64,000 nucleotides of DNA from a virus (Duplodnaviria; Caudoviricetes), in IMG/VR virus record IMGVR_UViG_3300014204_013734, positions 32,001 through 96,000 of that record. One strand, given 5' to 3'. Under the pieces are notes generated by a model. That model was not told the origin of the DNA. It saw nothing but the letters and a program-made list of their open reading frames with translations, and did not search any database. The position numbers and the translations under genes were made by a program. Every line of letters starts with the position of its first letter. Positions within the stretch are counted from its first letter, which is position 1. Shown piece by piece: positions 9,247 to 18,199 of this stretch.

Positions 9247-10982
9247 AGGTCTGGATCAAGGGACAGTCCAATCCCATTGAACTGACGCAAAGCAACTACG
9301 TTGCGGGCGGCGGAGAAGGGGATGTCTACGTCAAGGGTAGTGTCGGGTTCAAGATTTACCACGACCCGACCAAGATGATCCCCCTGGGCAAGATCCAGGA
9401 ACTAGCTGTTCTGTCCGATCCCAGAATCAACAAACCGCAAACCCCTCTTGTGGACGCCAAGGGGAAACCCATCGGCTACACGATGCAGTTTTACAAGGAT
9501 TGCTGGGCCTTGTGCCAGCTTTTCCCTCGCGACTTCAGGAACCGGAACGGTATCACCCATGACATGTCCGGCCATCTCGTCATGAAGATGCGGGAAGGGA
9601 TTGATGCCGTTCACAAGACCGGCATCCTGATCGTTGACCTCAACGAACTGAACTTCCTCGTCACGAAACGGTTCGATGATGTCCGATTCATTGACGTTGA
9701 TTCTTGGCAAACCCCCCGCCATCCGGCGACGGCCATCATGTCGTCAATCCGGGATTGGCGCAACCAAGCATCCCCATTCAGCCCGGAATCCGATTGGTGG
9801 TCTTTCGGTATTGTCAGCTTCCAGATGTTTATCGGAATGCACCCGTTCAAGGGACGATACAAAGGCCCGGAAGACAAGTTCAAGACCAAACTGCCGACCG
9901 ATGACCCAGCAGATGATTTTGCCGTAACCCGTCGTCGCATGGAAGCTGGCGTATCCGTTTTCCGTAAAGACGTGGGGGTTCCGGCGGCAGCTTATCCTTT
10001 TGACGTGATTCCCCCGTCATGGAGGGCTTGGTATGAAGCTCTCTTTGAAAAGGGGGTACGTTGCGCCCCGCCTCTTGATTTCGGCGCCCCATTCATCATT
10101 ATCCCGAAGACCGTCACCGTAGCCGGCACGGACAAGCTGGACATTTCCGAAATGTTTGAAATGGACGGAAATATCCTTGGCATGTGGAGCGATGGGACCC
10201 GGTTGGTCATTGCCACTCCGAAAGGAGTGTTCGTAGACAGGCACAGGTTCGCCGACACGCCAAAGACCCCGGTAGTGGCCTTTTCACCCCGTTCGGGGCA
10301 CCCCATCCTGATGGACGGGACAGGTTCCGATTCCGGTTTTCCGACGACCAACCTGGATACCAGCACCGGTTCCCAAATCGGCATGGCTTTTTCCGAAATG
10401 GCCTGTACGGACGGACGGGCATATGTCAGGGCTACTGATCAGGTGCATGAAGTCATCTTGACCGACGCTGGGAACCAAGTCATTCCTTCCACAAAGGAAA
10501 CCGTCAGAATCCTTGAACACGCAACGAAACTGTTCCCCGGCGTCGTTATCCAAAAGATGCTCGGGGCAACTTACGTGTCCCTCCTGGTTGAATCCGGCAA
10601 GGCCATTCAGGTCAGGATGAAGGATCTGGACGGACACAAGATAGTGGACGCAAAACTTGACAAAGGGGTCCTGATGGTGATAGGAGTCAAACGGGGCCAG
10701 TACGACAGGTTCGTGTTCCGGTTCGCCCCAGACGACACCTATGATGTGCGGGTAATCAAGGATGTGGCAACGCACGACTTGAACTTCGTGACTTTGGATT
10801 CAGGGGTTTGCGTCTGCATCAACGAAGAGGAAGACCTGGAAGTATTTTCAGCCAGGAAGGATTCACAAACGATGAAGGTCATCCAGGATCCGATCATTGC
10901 CGGTGACATGAAGTTGGGTAAACATGCCGGGAGCGTGGTTTTCGCCAAGGGGAACAAGGTGTTCAAGATGAGGATGAAATGA
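9243..10982 (+). CDS. Ser/Thr protein kinase with C-terminal beta-rich domain
   Basis: GGGEGDVY, K, DLNELN, IDVDS, DWWSFG, HPF. Confidence 0.85.
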   Translation: MKVWIKGQSNPIELTQSNYVAGGGEGDVYVKGSVGFKIYHDPTKMIPLGKIQELAVLSDPRINKPQTPLVDAKGKPIGYTMQFYKDCWALCQLFPRDFRNRNGITHDMSGHLVMKMREGIDAVHKTGILIVDLNELNFLVTKRFDDVRFIDVDSWQTPRHPATAIMSSIRDWRNQASPFSPESDWWSFGIVSFQMFIGMHPFKGRYKGPEDKFKTKLPTDDPADDFAVTRRRMEAGVSVFRKDVGVPAAAYPFDVIPPSWRAWYEALFEKGVRCAPPLDFGAPFIIIPKTVTVAGTDKLDISEMFEMDGNILGMWSDGTRLVIATPKGVFVDRHRFADTPKTPVVAFSPRSGHPILMDGTGSDSGFPTTNLDTSTGSQIGMAFSEMACTDGRAYVRATDQVHEVILTDAGNQVIPSTKETVRILEHATKLFPGVVIQKMLGATYVSLLVESGKAIQVRMKDLDGHKIVDAKLDKGVLMVIGVKRGQYDRFVFRFAPDDTYDVRVIKDVATHDLNFVTLDSGVCVCINEEEDLEVFSARKDSQTMKVIQDPIIAGDMKLGKHAGSVVFAKGNKVFKMRMK

Positions 10983-11494
10983 ACATACAAGGCGAAATCT
11001 GCTATATGTTCCTGAACATGAAACGGGATTGGCAACCAGTCATTGAAAAGAAGGCAGGTTCTTTGGCCCGATTCCACAACGGGATGATCCATAAAGCTGG
11101 AATCCGTGCCAAAAAAGTGAAGCTTCCTTGGTTCACGGTGGAATCGGAAACAGTTTGGGGACTTAGGGACAAGGTTGAAACCCTCATCAAAGAATTGATT
11201 GCTGAACCATTCCCCAAAGAATCCTTAGTAGTCCTGGCGTTGAAAAGATCTGTTGAGACGACCTTCAAAATGTCAATGCCGCCTGAAAAGACATTCCGTC
11301 AGGTGTATTCCATTGACATAGCCTTGGGAATGTTTGAAAATGTCCATGAAGAAACAAGCACCAAGGACATCCAGGATATCCTTGAAAGTCTTGAACAAGC
11401 ATATGTAGGAGAAGACATTTGGTGCAACGCACAGTCATCTCTTGATGACAGTTTCAATCCAAACCTAAAATTCGGGAGAAAGAAAAGAACATGA
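10979..11494 (+). CDS. hypothetical protein
   Basis: overlapping start/stop within the operon. Confidence 0.65.
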   Translation: MNIQGEICYMFLNMKRDWQPVIEKKAGSLARFHNGMIHKAGIRAKKVKLPWFTVESETVWGLRDKVETLIKELIAEPFPKESLVVLALKRSVETTFKMSMPPEKTFRQVYSIDIALGMFENVHEETSTKDIQDILESLEQAYVGEDIWCNAQSSLDDSFNPNLKFGRKKRT

Positions 11495-11745
11495 TTTGCC
11501 AATGGTGCAACAAGGAAATGTTGGCGGTAGACACCTGTGAGGGCAACTGCGAAGTGGAATACCCGGACGGGACAAAGTTGCCATCCGTCCCATATCAATC
11601 CCACAATGCCGCTGGCCGATGCCACGACTGCAACATCAAGCATGGGGGATTTCACCATCCGGGATGCGACATGGGAAGGTGTCCCAAGTGCGGCGGGCAG
11701 TTGATTTCCTGCGGGTGTCTCAATGCACCGGAGGAAGAGGAATGA
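11491..11745 (+). CDS. small Cys-rich zinc-binding protein
   Basis: CxxC, CHDC, HHPGC, CPKC, SCGC. Confidence 0.7.
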   Translation: MICQWCNKEMLAVDTCEGNCEVEYPDGTKLPSVPYQSHNAAGRCHDCNIKHGGFHHPGCDMGRCPKCGGQLISCGCLNAPEEEE

Positions 11746-12230
11746 GACCTAGCTGGGACGACTATTTCATGGGGATCGTGGGTCAAGTAGCAAAACGATG
11801 CACCTGCGCCCGCACCCCTAAAGGGGCAGTTCTCGTCAAGGATCATCGCATCATTGCTACTGGATACATCGGGTCAGTTGCCGGACAGCCCCATTGCGAC
11901 GAAGCAGGGCATCAGATGGTTGACAGACATTGTGTCAGAACAATCCATGCGGAAGCCAATGCCATTGCCCAGGCAGCACGGCACGGCATTTCTACAGAAG
12001 GGGCAACCTGCTACACGACCGTCCTTCCCTGTTGGACATGTCTGAAACTGTTGATCAATTCAGGAATCGCCCGTGTCGTTTGGAAGGACCCTTATCTTCC
12101 ACAACCAGGAGATCCAGCGGAAACATCCCACGCTGAAATCGTGAGGCTGGCACTGGAATGCGCCACCGACCTGGAAGCCAAAGGGTTGTTCAAGTTGGAA
12201 AGATGGGAATCTAAACAGGACGTCTCCTGA
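11742..12230 (+). CDS. dCMP deaminase family protein
   Basis: RPSWDDYFM start, HAEANAI, PCWTC. Confidence 0.9.
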   Translation: MRPSWDDYFMGIVGQVAKRCTCARTPKGAVLVKDHRIIATGYIGSVAGQPHCDEAGHQMVDRHCVRTIHAEANAIAQAARHGISTEGATCYTTVLPCWTCLKLLINSGIARVVWKDPYLPQPGDPAETSHAEIVRLALECATDLEAKGLFKLERWESKQDVS

Positions 12231-12304
12231 AATTGTTCTGTGCCCCCAAGAGTGCTTTTACGGGTATTAGAACAGAAGACACAATCTGAAAAGGAGAAAG
12301 AATT

Positions 12305-12754
12305 ATGCTGGACACTGTGAAGGAATTGAAGATATTTGAAGGTTTCCTCGCACAGGAAGTCACGTCTCGTGAACGGATGCTTGCAGAGACAAAGAAGCGA
12401 TTTGACGCCGTCCGTGAAATTATAAGTCAGCTTGACGAAACCCCGAAGAAACAAAAAGTTTCTTCGGGCCAGGAAGAACCTAAAAAGATTACAGAGAAGA
12501 CCAACAAAAAGATTCAGAAGGACCGGAAGCCGATGCCAAGAACAAAACCATCTTGCAGGGAACGCATTTCCAAAATCATGGCTGAAAACACAACCCAGTT
12601 GACCACAGCGGAATTCTTAGCTAAGATGCCGGATATGCGGGCACAGACGGTCAGGTGGACATTGTGGTACATGATCGGTAAAGGGCTGATTACGTGCGAT
12701 TCCGACGGGAAGTATAGTCCGGCTAAGTCTGATCAGGTTAGGGAAATGCCGTGA
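12305..12754 (+). CDS. coiled-coil + winged-helix protein
   Basis: AAGGAG RBS; C-terminal HTH-like segment. Confidence 0.6.
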   Translation: MLDTVKELKIFEGFLAQEVTSRERMLAETKKRFDAVREIISQLDETPKKQKVSSGQEEPKKITEKTNKKIQKDRKPMPRTKPSCRERISKIMAENTTQLTTAEFLAKMPDMRAQTVRWTLWYMIGKGLITCDSDGKYSPAKSDQVREMP

Positions 12755-13032
12755 AACGTTCCTATTTCTTGCATGCCATAGCTGAAATTACACGACTTAA
12801 CCAAGAATATCAGGCAGCCGTGGAATTGACGCAAAAAGTTTTGGCACGTGGAACAGAACTTGAAACGGAACTTCAATGGCACTGCGGGTTGTCAAAAGCT
12901 GAAAAATTATTGAAAGACACCAACGAATCCGTGGATGCACACCAAAAAGCCTGGATCGCCAGAGCCCGACTCAACAAAGCCAAAGCGGAACTTGAAGCGG
13001 AGTTGTTAACGGACCCAACGATTCAAGCTTAA
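12751..13032 (+). CDS. hypothetical coiled-coil protein
   Basis: operon packing. Confidence 0.6.
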   Translation: MKRSYFLHAIAEITRLNQEYQAAVELTQKVLARGTELETELQWHCGLSKAEKLLKDTNESVDAHQKAWIARARLNKAKAELEAELLTDPTIQA

Positions 13033-13042
13033 GGAGGAAACA

Positions 13043-13312
13043 ATGAAGTATAAAGACTTTTCCGAAAAGGTAGGAAGGGTTGAACATTTGCGAACTGAAC
13101 TTGGCACGGCGTTGGACAAGTTCGTATCGGTTTCCCATTGGCGGGAACAACTTCCGACAACCATGTTTCCAGGCGTTGAAGCTTCAACCCCTGCTGACAA
13201 ACCATTCCTTGATGCCCTCTATTCTATGTGGCGGGCCAGTGCTGAACTCCGAAAGGCAGAACGGGAATTGGATGTCCTTTTGCTGACTAGCCCTCCAACC
13301 TTAGAAGACTGA
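13043..13312 (+). CDS. hypothetical protein
   Basis: AAGGAGG RBS. Confidence 0.65.
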   Translation: MKYKDFSEKVGRVEHLRTELGTALDKFVSVSHWREQLPTTMFPGVEASTPADKPFLDALYSMWRASAELRKAERELDVLLLTSPPTLED

Positions 13313-13314
13313 AA

Positions 13315-13899
13315 ATGCCGCCGAAAATTGAAATTGTCCAAGGGGACATCACGAAATTGAAAGTTGACGTCATCGTTAACGCAGCCCGACCTTCCCTTCT
13401 TGGAGGCGGGGGTGTTGATGGGGCTATTCACCAAGCTGCAGGCCCGAAACTTCGCACGGCATGTGCATTGTTCCCTGAAAAGGAACCGGGAATCCGGTGC
13501 CGAACAGGGGAAGCACTAACCACCCTTGGATTTTCCCTTCCCGCACAATTCGTCATCCATACGGTTGGGCCCGTTTACGACGAAACCCTCCGAATTCCAG
13601 AACGTGAATATCTTCCACCAGAGACAGACAAGGATGAACTTCTCTTCCGTTGTTACATGGCGAGTTTGTCCGTTGCTAACCGATTGTCCAACAAATTCGG
13701 GTGCAAAACGGTAGCGTTTCCCGCCATTTCCTGTGGTGTATATGGGTGTCCGGTAGAGAAAGGCGTAGAAATCGCCTTACGTGCGTTCCAAGCGAAACCG
13801 TGGAACGTAGACAAGATTTTCTTAGTCCTGTTCACCGACTTGGACTTCCTCATTGCTTTGAACATTGAAGCTTCGATGAAAGGAAACGCCCATGCCTGA
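13315..13899 (+). CDS. macrodomain protein (ADP-ribose hydrolase, YmdB-like)
   Basis: GDIT, VNAA, GGGGVDGAIH, HTVGP, PAISCGVYG. Confidence 0.92.
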   Translation: MPPKIEIVQGDITKLKVDVIVNAARPSLLGGGGVDGAIHQAAGPKLRTACALFPEKEPGIRCRTGEALTTLGFSLPAQFVIHTVGPVYDETLRIPEREYLPPETDKDELLFRCYMASLSVANRLSNKFGCKTVAFPAISCGVYGCPVEKGVEIALRAFQAKPWNVDKIFLVLFTDLDFLIALNIEASMKGNAHA

Positions 13900-14278
13900 C
13901 GAACGTCATCTTGCAATCCGTCGTATCCTTCTCCCGAGGGATACGAACCACCGGGGAGAAATTTTCGGTGGGGCTATCTTGGCTGAAATTGACTTGGCCG
14001 GGGCGTTTGAAGCCCGACGGTACACGAAACACGACGTGGCAACCATCGCCATGAAGGAAGTCGTGTTCAAGAAACCTGTCAAGGTCGGCGATGTGGTCAG
14101 TTTTTGGACTTCCGTAGTTGATATCGGAACAACTTCCATTCACGTCCGGGTTGAAATGACAGCCAGCCGGGATGGCCAAAGCGACGAAGAACACGTCACG
14201 GCCGCCGAACTGGTCTACGTTGCTGTCAAAAAGGGTGCTGACGGGGATCTTCACAAGGTTCCGGTACAGGAAGGTTGA
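13892..14278 (+). CDS. hotdog acyl-CoA thioesterase (YciA-like)
   Basis: DTNHRGEIFGG...EID, F.KPV.VGD, GTTSI. Confidence 0.85.
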   Translation: MPDERHLAIRRILLPRDTNHRGEIFGGAILAEIDLAGAFEARRYTKHDVATIAMKEVVFKKPVKVGDVVSFWTSVVDIGTTSIHVRVEMTASRDGQSDEEHVTAAELVYVAVKKGADGDLHKVPVQEG

Positions 14279-14281
14279 ATC

Positions 14282-15130
14282 ATGGGCTACAAAGGGACGT
14301 TGCAACGTACTGATTTTGGGGATCGGATGAAAATGCTTGAATCAGGTACATCCGACCGCCTGATGCCTTTAGTGCCCGTCCTCGCCCGATTGGACGGACG
14401 GTCATTCCATTCCTTCTGTAAAGGGTTGCGCAAACCCTTTGACCCGTTCTTTGGAGTGGCCATGCAGCAAACTGCCGAATGGTTGGTTAGAAAGACGGGA
14501 GCCCTTGCAGGTTACACCCAATCGGACGAAATCACACTAATGTGGTTTTCCGACGATCCTACTAGCCAGAAGGTGTTTTTTGACCGGCGTCTCCTGAAAA
14601 TGGTTTCCGTACTTGCATCTTTAGCTACCGTCCGTTTCAACCAGAAATTCTCCGAAAACTGGCCAGATTTCATTGATCCGGAAAACCCGCCCGTGTTTGA
14701 CTGCCGCGTGTGGGTCGTCCCCAATAAGGACGAAGCAGCAAATTCCTTCTTGTGGAGGATCGAAGATGCCAAAACCAACAGCATCCAAGCGTTGGGGCAG
14801 GCCAACTTTTCCCACAACCGACTCCAGGGAATGAAGAACGGCGAAATCGTCGCCGCCTTGTTGTCGGAAAAGGGGATCAACTGGAATTTCCTGCCACAAC
14901 AATTTCGGTTTGGGACATTCATACAGAGGAAAACAGTCGTCCGCCCCTTCACCCATGAGGAATTGGAGAGGCTTCCCAAAAAGCACGAAGCCATAACCAA
15001 CCCAGGGCTCCTGGTTGAACGGTCGGACGTAACTACCATGCCCATGCCGGACTTCGGAAAAGTACAAAACCGCGTAGGGGTCCTGTTCAACGGGGAAGCC
15101 CCGATCATGCGCACGGAAACGTGCCCCTAA
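14282..15130 (+). CDS. tRNA(His) guanylyltransferase Thg1-like protein
   Basis: RLDGRSFH, YTQSDEI, FDCR, DAKTNS motifs. Confidence 0.9.
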   Translation: MGYKGTLQRTDFGDRMKMLESGTSDRLMPLVPVLARLDGRSFHSFCKGLRKPFDPFFGVAMQQTAEWLVRKTGALAGYTQSDEITLMWFSDDPTSQKVFFDRRLLKMVSVLASLATVRFNQKFSENWPDFIDPENPPVFDCRVWVVPNKDEAANSFLWRIEDAKTNSIQALGQANFSHNRLQGMKNGEIVAALLSEKGINWNFLPQQFRFGTFIQRKTVVRPFTHEELERLPKKHEAITNPGLLVERSDVTTMPMPDFGKVQNRVGVLFNGEAPIMRTETCP

Positions 15131-15366
15131 CGAAAAAGGAACCCATCATGTTGAGTTCTACAAAGAAAGCATTACAGATTGAACTGGAGGACCTCCAAAG
15201 GCTCAAGAAGGAAATCCTACGGGAAGAACGGCATATCAAGGCACTCCTCGGTATCACCCAGAAACCCAAAAAATACCCAGAAGTACCTGGTGAGGAAGAG
15301 GAAGAAGACCTGTAAAGAGAGACCCCTAGGTATGGAAAAGAACCAAAAGTACAGGAAGGTGAAAAA

Positions 15367-15705
15367 ATGAGGAATCTGCAAACGTTGAAGAGTGAAATAA
15401 AGACCCAACTGACGAGGTTGGAACAGGATGCAAGTCTGTTACGGTTAGCCTTGCGCAGCCTGGAAGGCAGTACCGACCCGACAGTTGGCAGAAATAGCAG
15501 GAATAGCAGGAACCGGAAGACAACCCTTTCGGTGATCATGGACATCATCGCTACGCAACCTGCCAAGGCTACGACCCGCTACCTTCTTCAGAAGGTTTCC
15601 GCCGAAGCCCGCGTCAAGACAGGAACCGTAACCATGGCTTTGTGGCATGCCAAAAAGGATGGGTTGCTGTCCAAGGTCGGAACTACGTGGCGGCGCACAA
15701 AGTGA
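15367..15705 (+). CDS. coiled-coil + HTH-like protein
   Basis: RBS; architecture similar to 12305..12754. Confidence 0.55.
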   Translation: MRNLQTLKSEIKTQLTRLEQDASLLRLALRSLEGSTDPTVGRNSRNSRNRKTTLSVIMDIIATQPAKATTRYLLQKVSAEARVKTGTVTMALWHAKKDGLLSKVGTTWRRTK

Positions 15706-16268
15706 AGAAGGTATGTGGAATCTATGGCGGGGGTTTCAATCCCCCGCACATAGGTCACGTCATGGCGGTGCAGCACGCATTGCTGTTCGGAAAAATGGAT
15801 TCCGTCCGGGTTTTCCCGTGTTGGAGGCATGCTTTCTCCAAAGATGTCGACCTAGTTCCGTTCAAAGACCGTGTCGAAATGGCCCGGTTGGCGTTTGTCG
15901 GGGATCCCAGGATTGTCGTTGATGATTTGGAAATCCGATTGTGGACATGCCACACAATTGATCTCATTAAAAGTGTAAAGGAAACAGAACCGGAAACGGA
16001 TTTTGTCCTAATCATCGGGTCGGACAACCTTGCCGTTTGGCAGAAATGGCACCGTTGGCAGGACATTGATCGGATGGTTGGAAAATTCATCGTACCGAGA
16101 CAAGGGTCAACGGATTCTCCTTGGGCTATTCCGGATATCAACAGCACGGAAATCCGGAAATGGATTTCTGAAAACGAATGGGAAAAAGTCGAAAAAACGG
16201 TCCCCCCTGAAGTGGTGGCTTTTATCAGAAACAAAGGGTTCTGGCAGGGACAACTACGCAAAGACTGA
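15702..16268 (+). CDS. nadD: nicotinate-nucleotide adenylyltransferase
   Basis: YGGGFNPPHIGH, IGSDN, W..W, INSTEIR. Confidence 0.88.
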   Translation: MKKVCGIYGGGFNPPHIGHVMAVQHALLFGKMDSVRVFPCWRHAFSKDVDLVPFKDRVEMARLAFVGDPRIVVDDLEIRLWTCHTIDLIKSVKETEPETDFVLIIGSDNLAVWQKWHRWQDIDRMVGKFIVPRQGSTDSPWAIPDINSTEIRKWISENEWEKVEKTVPPEVVAFIRNKGFWQGQLRKD

Positions 16269-16280
16269 AAAGGGATTTCC

Positions 16281-16778
16281 ATGGAAGACAACTACCTTGA
16301 AATGGAAGATGGTTTGTATCTGCGAACGATTGGGCCTTTTTTCATCACCGATAAATTCCCGGACCTCCCAGGTGTGTATTGCTTGAACGGTCCTTGGAAA
16401 TCCGTAGTGCGTGTTTCTGGTTGTGAATCAGGGGCGATTATAATCACGGTCCTATTGGATCCGAAAATTGCCAAAGAACACCAAGTCTTGTTGGACAAGT
16501 ACCAACAGGATTTAGAAAAGTGGCCAGAAATGGTTCGGATATGGGAATCCACTACAGACCACAAAATGGGATTTTTCAAGACCGAACGCCCGAAGGAACC
16601 CGTACCGCCACCCAAGATGGGAATAAAAATAGCGGTCTTGTATGCGGATGACAAAGAGCCCTTCAAGGTTCGGGGAACCTTAACTCCGATAGGGGTTGTG
16701 GATGACACACATTTCTTCAACGTCACCGACGAATTGGAACCTCCTTCCGACTTTTTTGGAAGGCTTTTGGGGCGATGA
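16281..16778 (+). CDS. hypothetical protein
   Basis: last ORF of the operon. Confidence 0.65.
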   Translation: MEDNYLEMEDGLYLRTIGPFFITDKFPDLPGVYCLNGPWKSVVRVSGCESGAIIITVLLDPKIAKEHQVLLDKYQQDLEKWPEMVRIWESTTDHKMGFFKTERPKEPVPPPKMGIKIAVLYADDKEPFKVRGTLTPIGVVDDTHFFNVTDELEPPSDFFGRLLGR

Positions 16779-16797
16779 AAATTTTTTCATTTTTTTC

Positions 16798-16826
16798 TTG
16801 ACATTCACAAAACCCTGTGTAATAGT
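16798..16826 (+). promoter_or_regulatory. sigma70-type promoter with AT-rich UP element
   Basis: TTGACA-17-(TGn)AATAGT preceded by T tracts. Confidence 0.65.
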
Positions 16827-16958
16827 GGATTTGTTGTTAGGGTTTTGAGGAAAATGAAATGGAATCAGTTGGAACAACCTTCGGCGGTAGGAAACCAAAT
16901 GGCGGGCATACCGCCATCGTGAACCCCGCCGTCGCGTCAGCAGAACGCGATCCAAATA

Positions 16959-16987
16959 GCTTTCCCCACGTAGATGGGGATGATCCG
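16959..16987 (+). CRISPR. solitary type I-E-like CRISPR repeat (no array)
   Basis: GCTTTCCCCACGTAGATGGGGATGATCCG, 29 nt, CCCCA/TGGGG stem. Confidence 0.65.
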
Positions 16988-17036
16988 GGAGTTCCTGGCA
17001 TGTAGCGTCTCGTCGCAAAGCACGGACAGGCGCCAC

Positions 17037-17067
17037 AGAAGCCGGGAACCGAAAGTTCCCGGCTTCT
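17037..17067 (+). terminator. terminator-like hairpin ending the leader RNA
   Basis: AGAAGCCGGGAAC / GTTCCCGGCTTCT. Confidence 0.6.
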
Positions 17068-17083
17068 CACGTTAAAAAAGAAA

Positions 17084-17112
17084 CGGCTTGGAATTTGAAT
17101 CTTCCCGGTAGT
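17084..17112 (+). promoter_or_regulatory. phage promoter motif CGGCTTGG-N15-GGTAGT
   Basis: exact motif upstream of tRNA array 1. Confidence 0.8.
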
Positions 17113-17126
17113 TGAAATCGGGAACA

Positions 17127-17146
17127 GTTATTTGACAACTGAATAG
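17127..17146 (+). promoter_or_regulatory. rRNA-type boxA antitermination element
   Basis: GTTATTTGACAACTGAATAG; near-identical copy heads array 2. Confidence 0.65.
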
Positions 17147-17209
17147 AACAACGACATGACAATGACGAGGGTGGCAGGTTTGCCACCTGTCACCCTCGTT
17201 TTCTATTGT

Positions 17210-17283
17210 GGTGGACGTAGATCAATTGGAAGATCGACAGACTGTGGCTCTGTAGGTTGCGGATTCGAACTCCGTCGTCCACA
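17210..17283 (+). tRNA. tRNA-His(GTG), no CCA, A73
   Basis: cloverleaf; loop CTGTGGC; encoded G-1. Confidence 0.9.
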
Positions 17284-17284
17284 C

Positions 17285-17370
17285 GCCTGACAAACCCAAG
17301 CAGCCTCTCCGTGGCGTCAGGCATCAACCCGTGGAACCTGCCAAATAGGTTCACGGGGCCAAACGCTTGG
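17285..17370 (+). ncRNA. HDV-like (theta-type) ribozyme 1
   Basis: P1 GCCTGAC/GTCAGGC, P2 CCAAGC/GCTTGG, P3 GCC/GGC, J4/2 GCCAA. Confidence 0.8.
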
Positions 17371-17400
17371 AAATAAAATAATTCACTAGGCAGAAATCGT

Positions 17401-17476
17401 TCACCCTTAGCTCAGCGGTAGAGCGACGGGCTGTTAACCCGTGTCAGCACAGGTTCAATCCCTGTAGGGTGATCCA
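17401..17476 (+). tRNA. tRNA-Asn(GTT)
   Basis: cloverleaf with CCA. Confidence 0.9.
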
Positions 17477-17488
17477 ATTTTTATCCAT

Positions 17489-17562
17489 AGTGACGAAGCC
17501 GAAGGAGTCGAGGCACCGGCCCGTCAAGCCGGATGAAGCGGGGGCGGGTCCCGTCGTCACTG
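17489..17562 (+). tRNA. tRNA-Asp(GTC), no CCA, atypical T-loop, C33
   Basis: AGTGACG/CGTCACT stem; loop CCGTCAA. Confidence 0.8.
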
Positions 17563-17643
17563 GTCTGGTAAATCAAGCAGCCTCCACGTTGGCACCAGAC
17601 GGTAACCTACTATCCTAAGAAGAAGTAGGGCTAATTGCTTGAT
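17563..17643 (+). ncRNA. HDV-like ribozyme 2
   Basis: P1 GTCTGGT/ACCAGAC, L3 TCCACGTT, GG for P1.1, J4/2 GCTAA, P2 ATCAAGCA/TGCTTGAT. Confidence 0.88.
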
Positions 17644-17690
17644 CAAGAATTTTTTGAATACTCTGAGAAAGGGTGGGTAGCTCCCATCCC

Positions 17691-17796
17691 GGAATCTGGA
17701 ACAACTGACCCGAAAGGGCGGTTCACCCAACAACCAGACTCTGACAAGGCTGGCGAGGTGGCAGAGACTGCAGGAACACTGTCGTTCCAGATTCCA
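17691..17796 (+). ncRNA. unknown multibranch RNA
   Basis: 12-bp closing stem GGAATCTGGAAC/GTTCCAGATTCC with three internal hairpins. Confidence 0.55.
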
Positions 17797-17807
17797 AATT
17801 TTTTGAC

Positions 17808-17884
17808 CGGGGTGTAGGGAAGTAGGTATCCCACCTGGTTTGGGACCAGGAAACTCGCGAGTTCGACCCTCGCCACCCCGACCA
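17808..17884 (+). tRNA. tRNA-Pro(TGG)
   Basis: cloverleaf with CCA. Confidence 0.9.
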
Positions 17885-17897
17885 TTTTTGATTCAAA

Positions 17898-17971
17898 CGG
17901 ACCGTGGGGCAGTCTGGTAGCCCGCGTGAATGGGGTTCACGAAGTCGCTGGTTCAAATCCAGTCGGTCCGA
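17898..17971 (+). tRNA. tRNA-Pro(GGG), no CCA
   Basis: cloverleaf. Confidence 0.88.
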
Positions 17972-18059
17972 ATCCGATGATCCAAGCAGCTTCCACGATA
18001 GCATCGGATGTCAACCTGACAGAACCTTTTTCAAGGGGTTTCAGGGCTAATCGCTTGGG
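17972..18059 (+). ncRNA. HDV-like ribozyme 3
   Basis: P1 ATCCGAT/ATCGGAT, P3 GCT/AGC, J4/2 GCTAA. Confidence 0.85.
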
Positions 18060-18066
18060 AAATAAT

Positions 18067-18143
18067 CCGACACTGGCCTAACCCGGTAAGGTGCGTGCTT
18101 CGGGAGCACGAAATTCCCGATTCAAACTCGGGGTGTCGGACCA
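18067..18143 (+). tRNA. tRNA-Pro(CGG)
   Basis: cloverleaf with CCA. Confidence 0.85.
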
Positions 18144-18199
18144 TTTTTGGGTAAAAACAAGGAATTCCTTGTGGGATTTACTTTGTAAGGAACTGAGTT

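Noticed and set aside
17164-17200. 15-bp hairpin with a 7-nt loop as an anticodon mimic
   Set aside because: No other tRNA features; more simply a leader or terminator hairpin after boxA.
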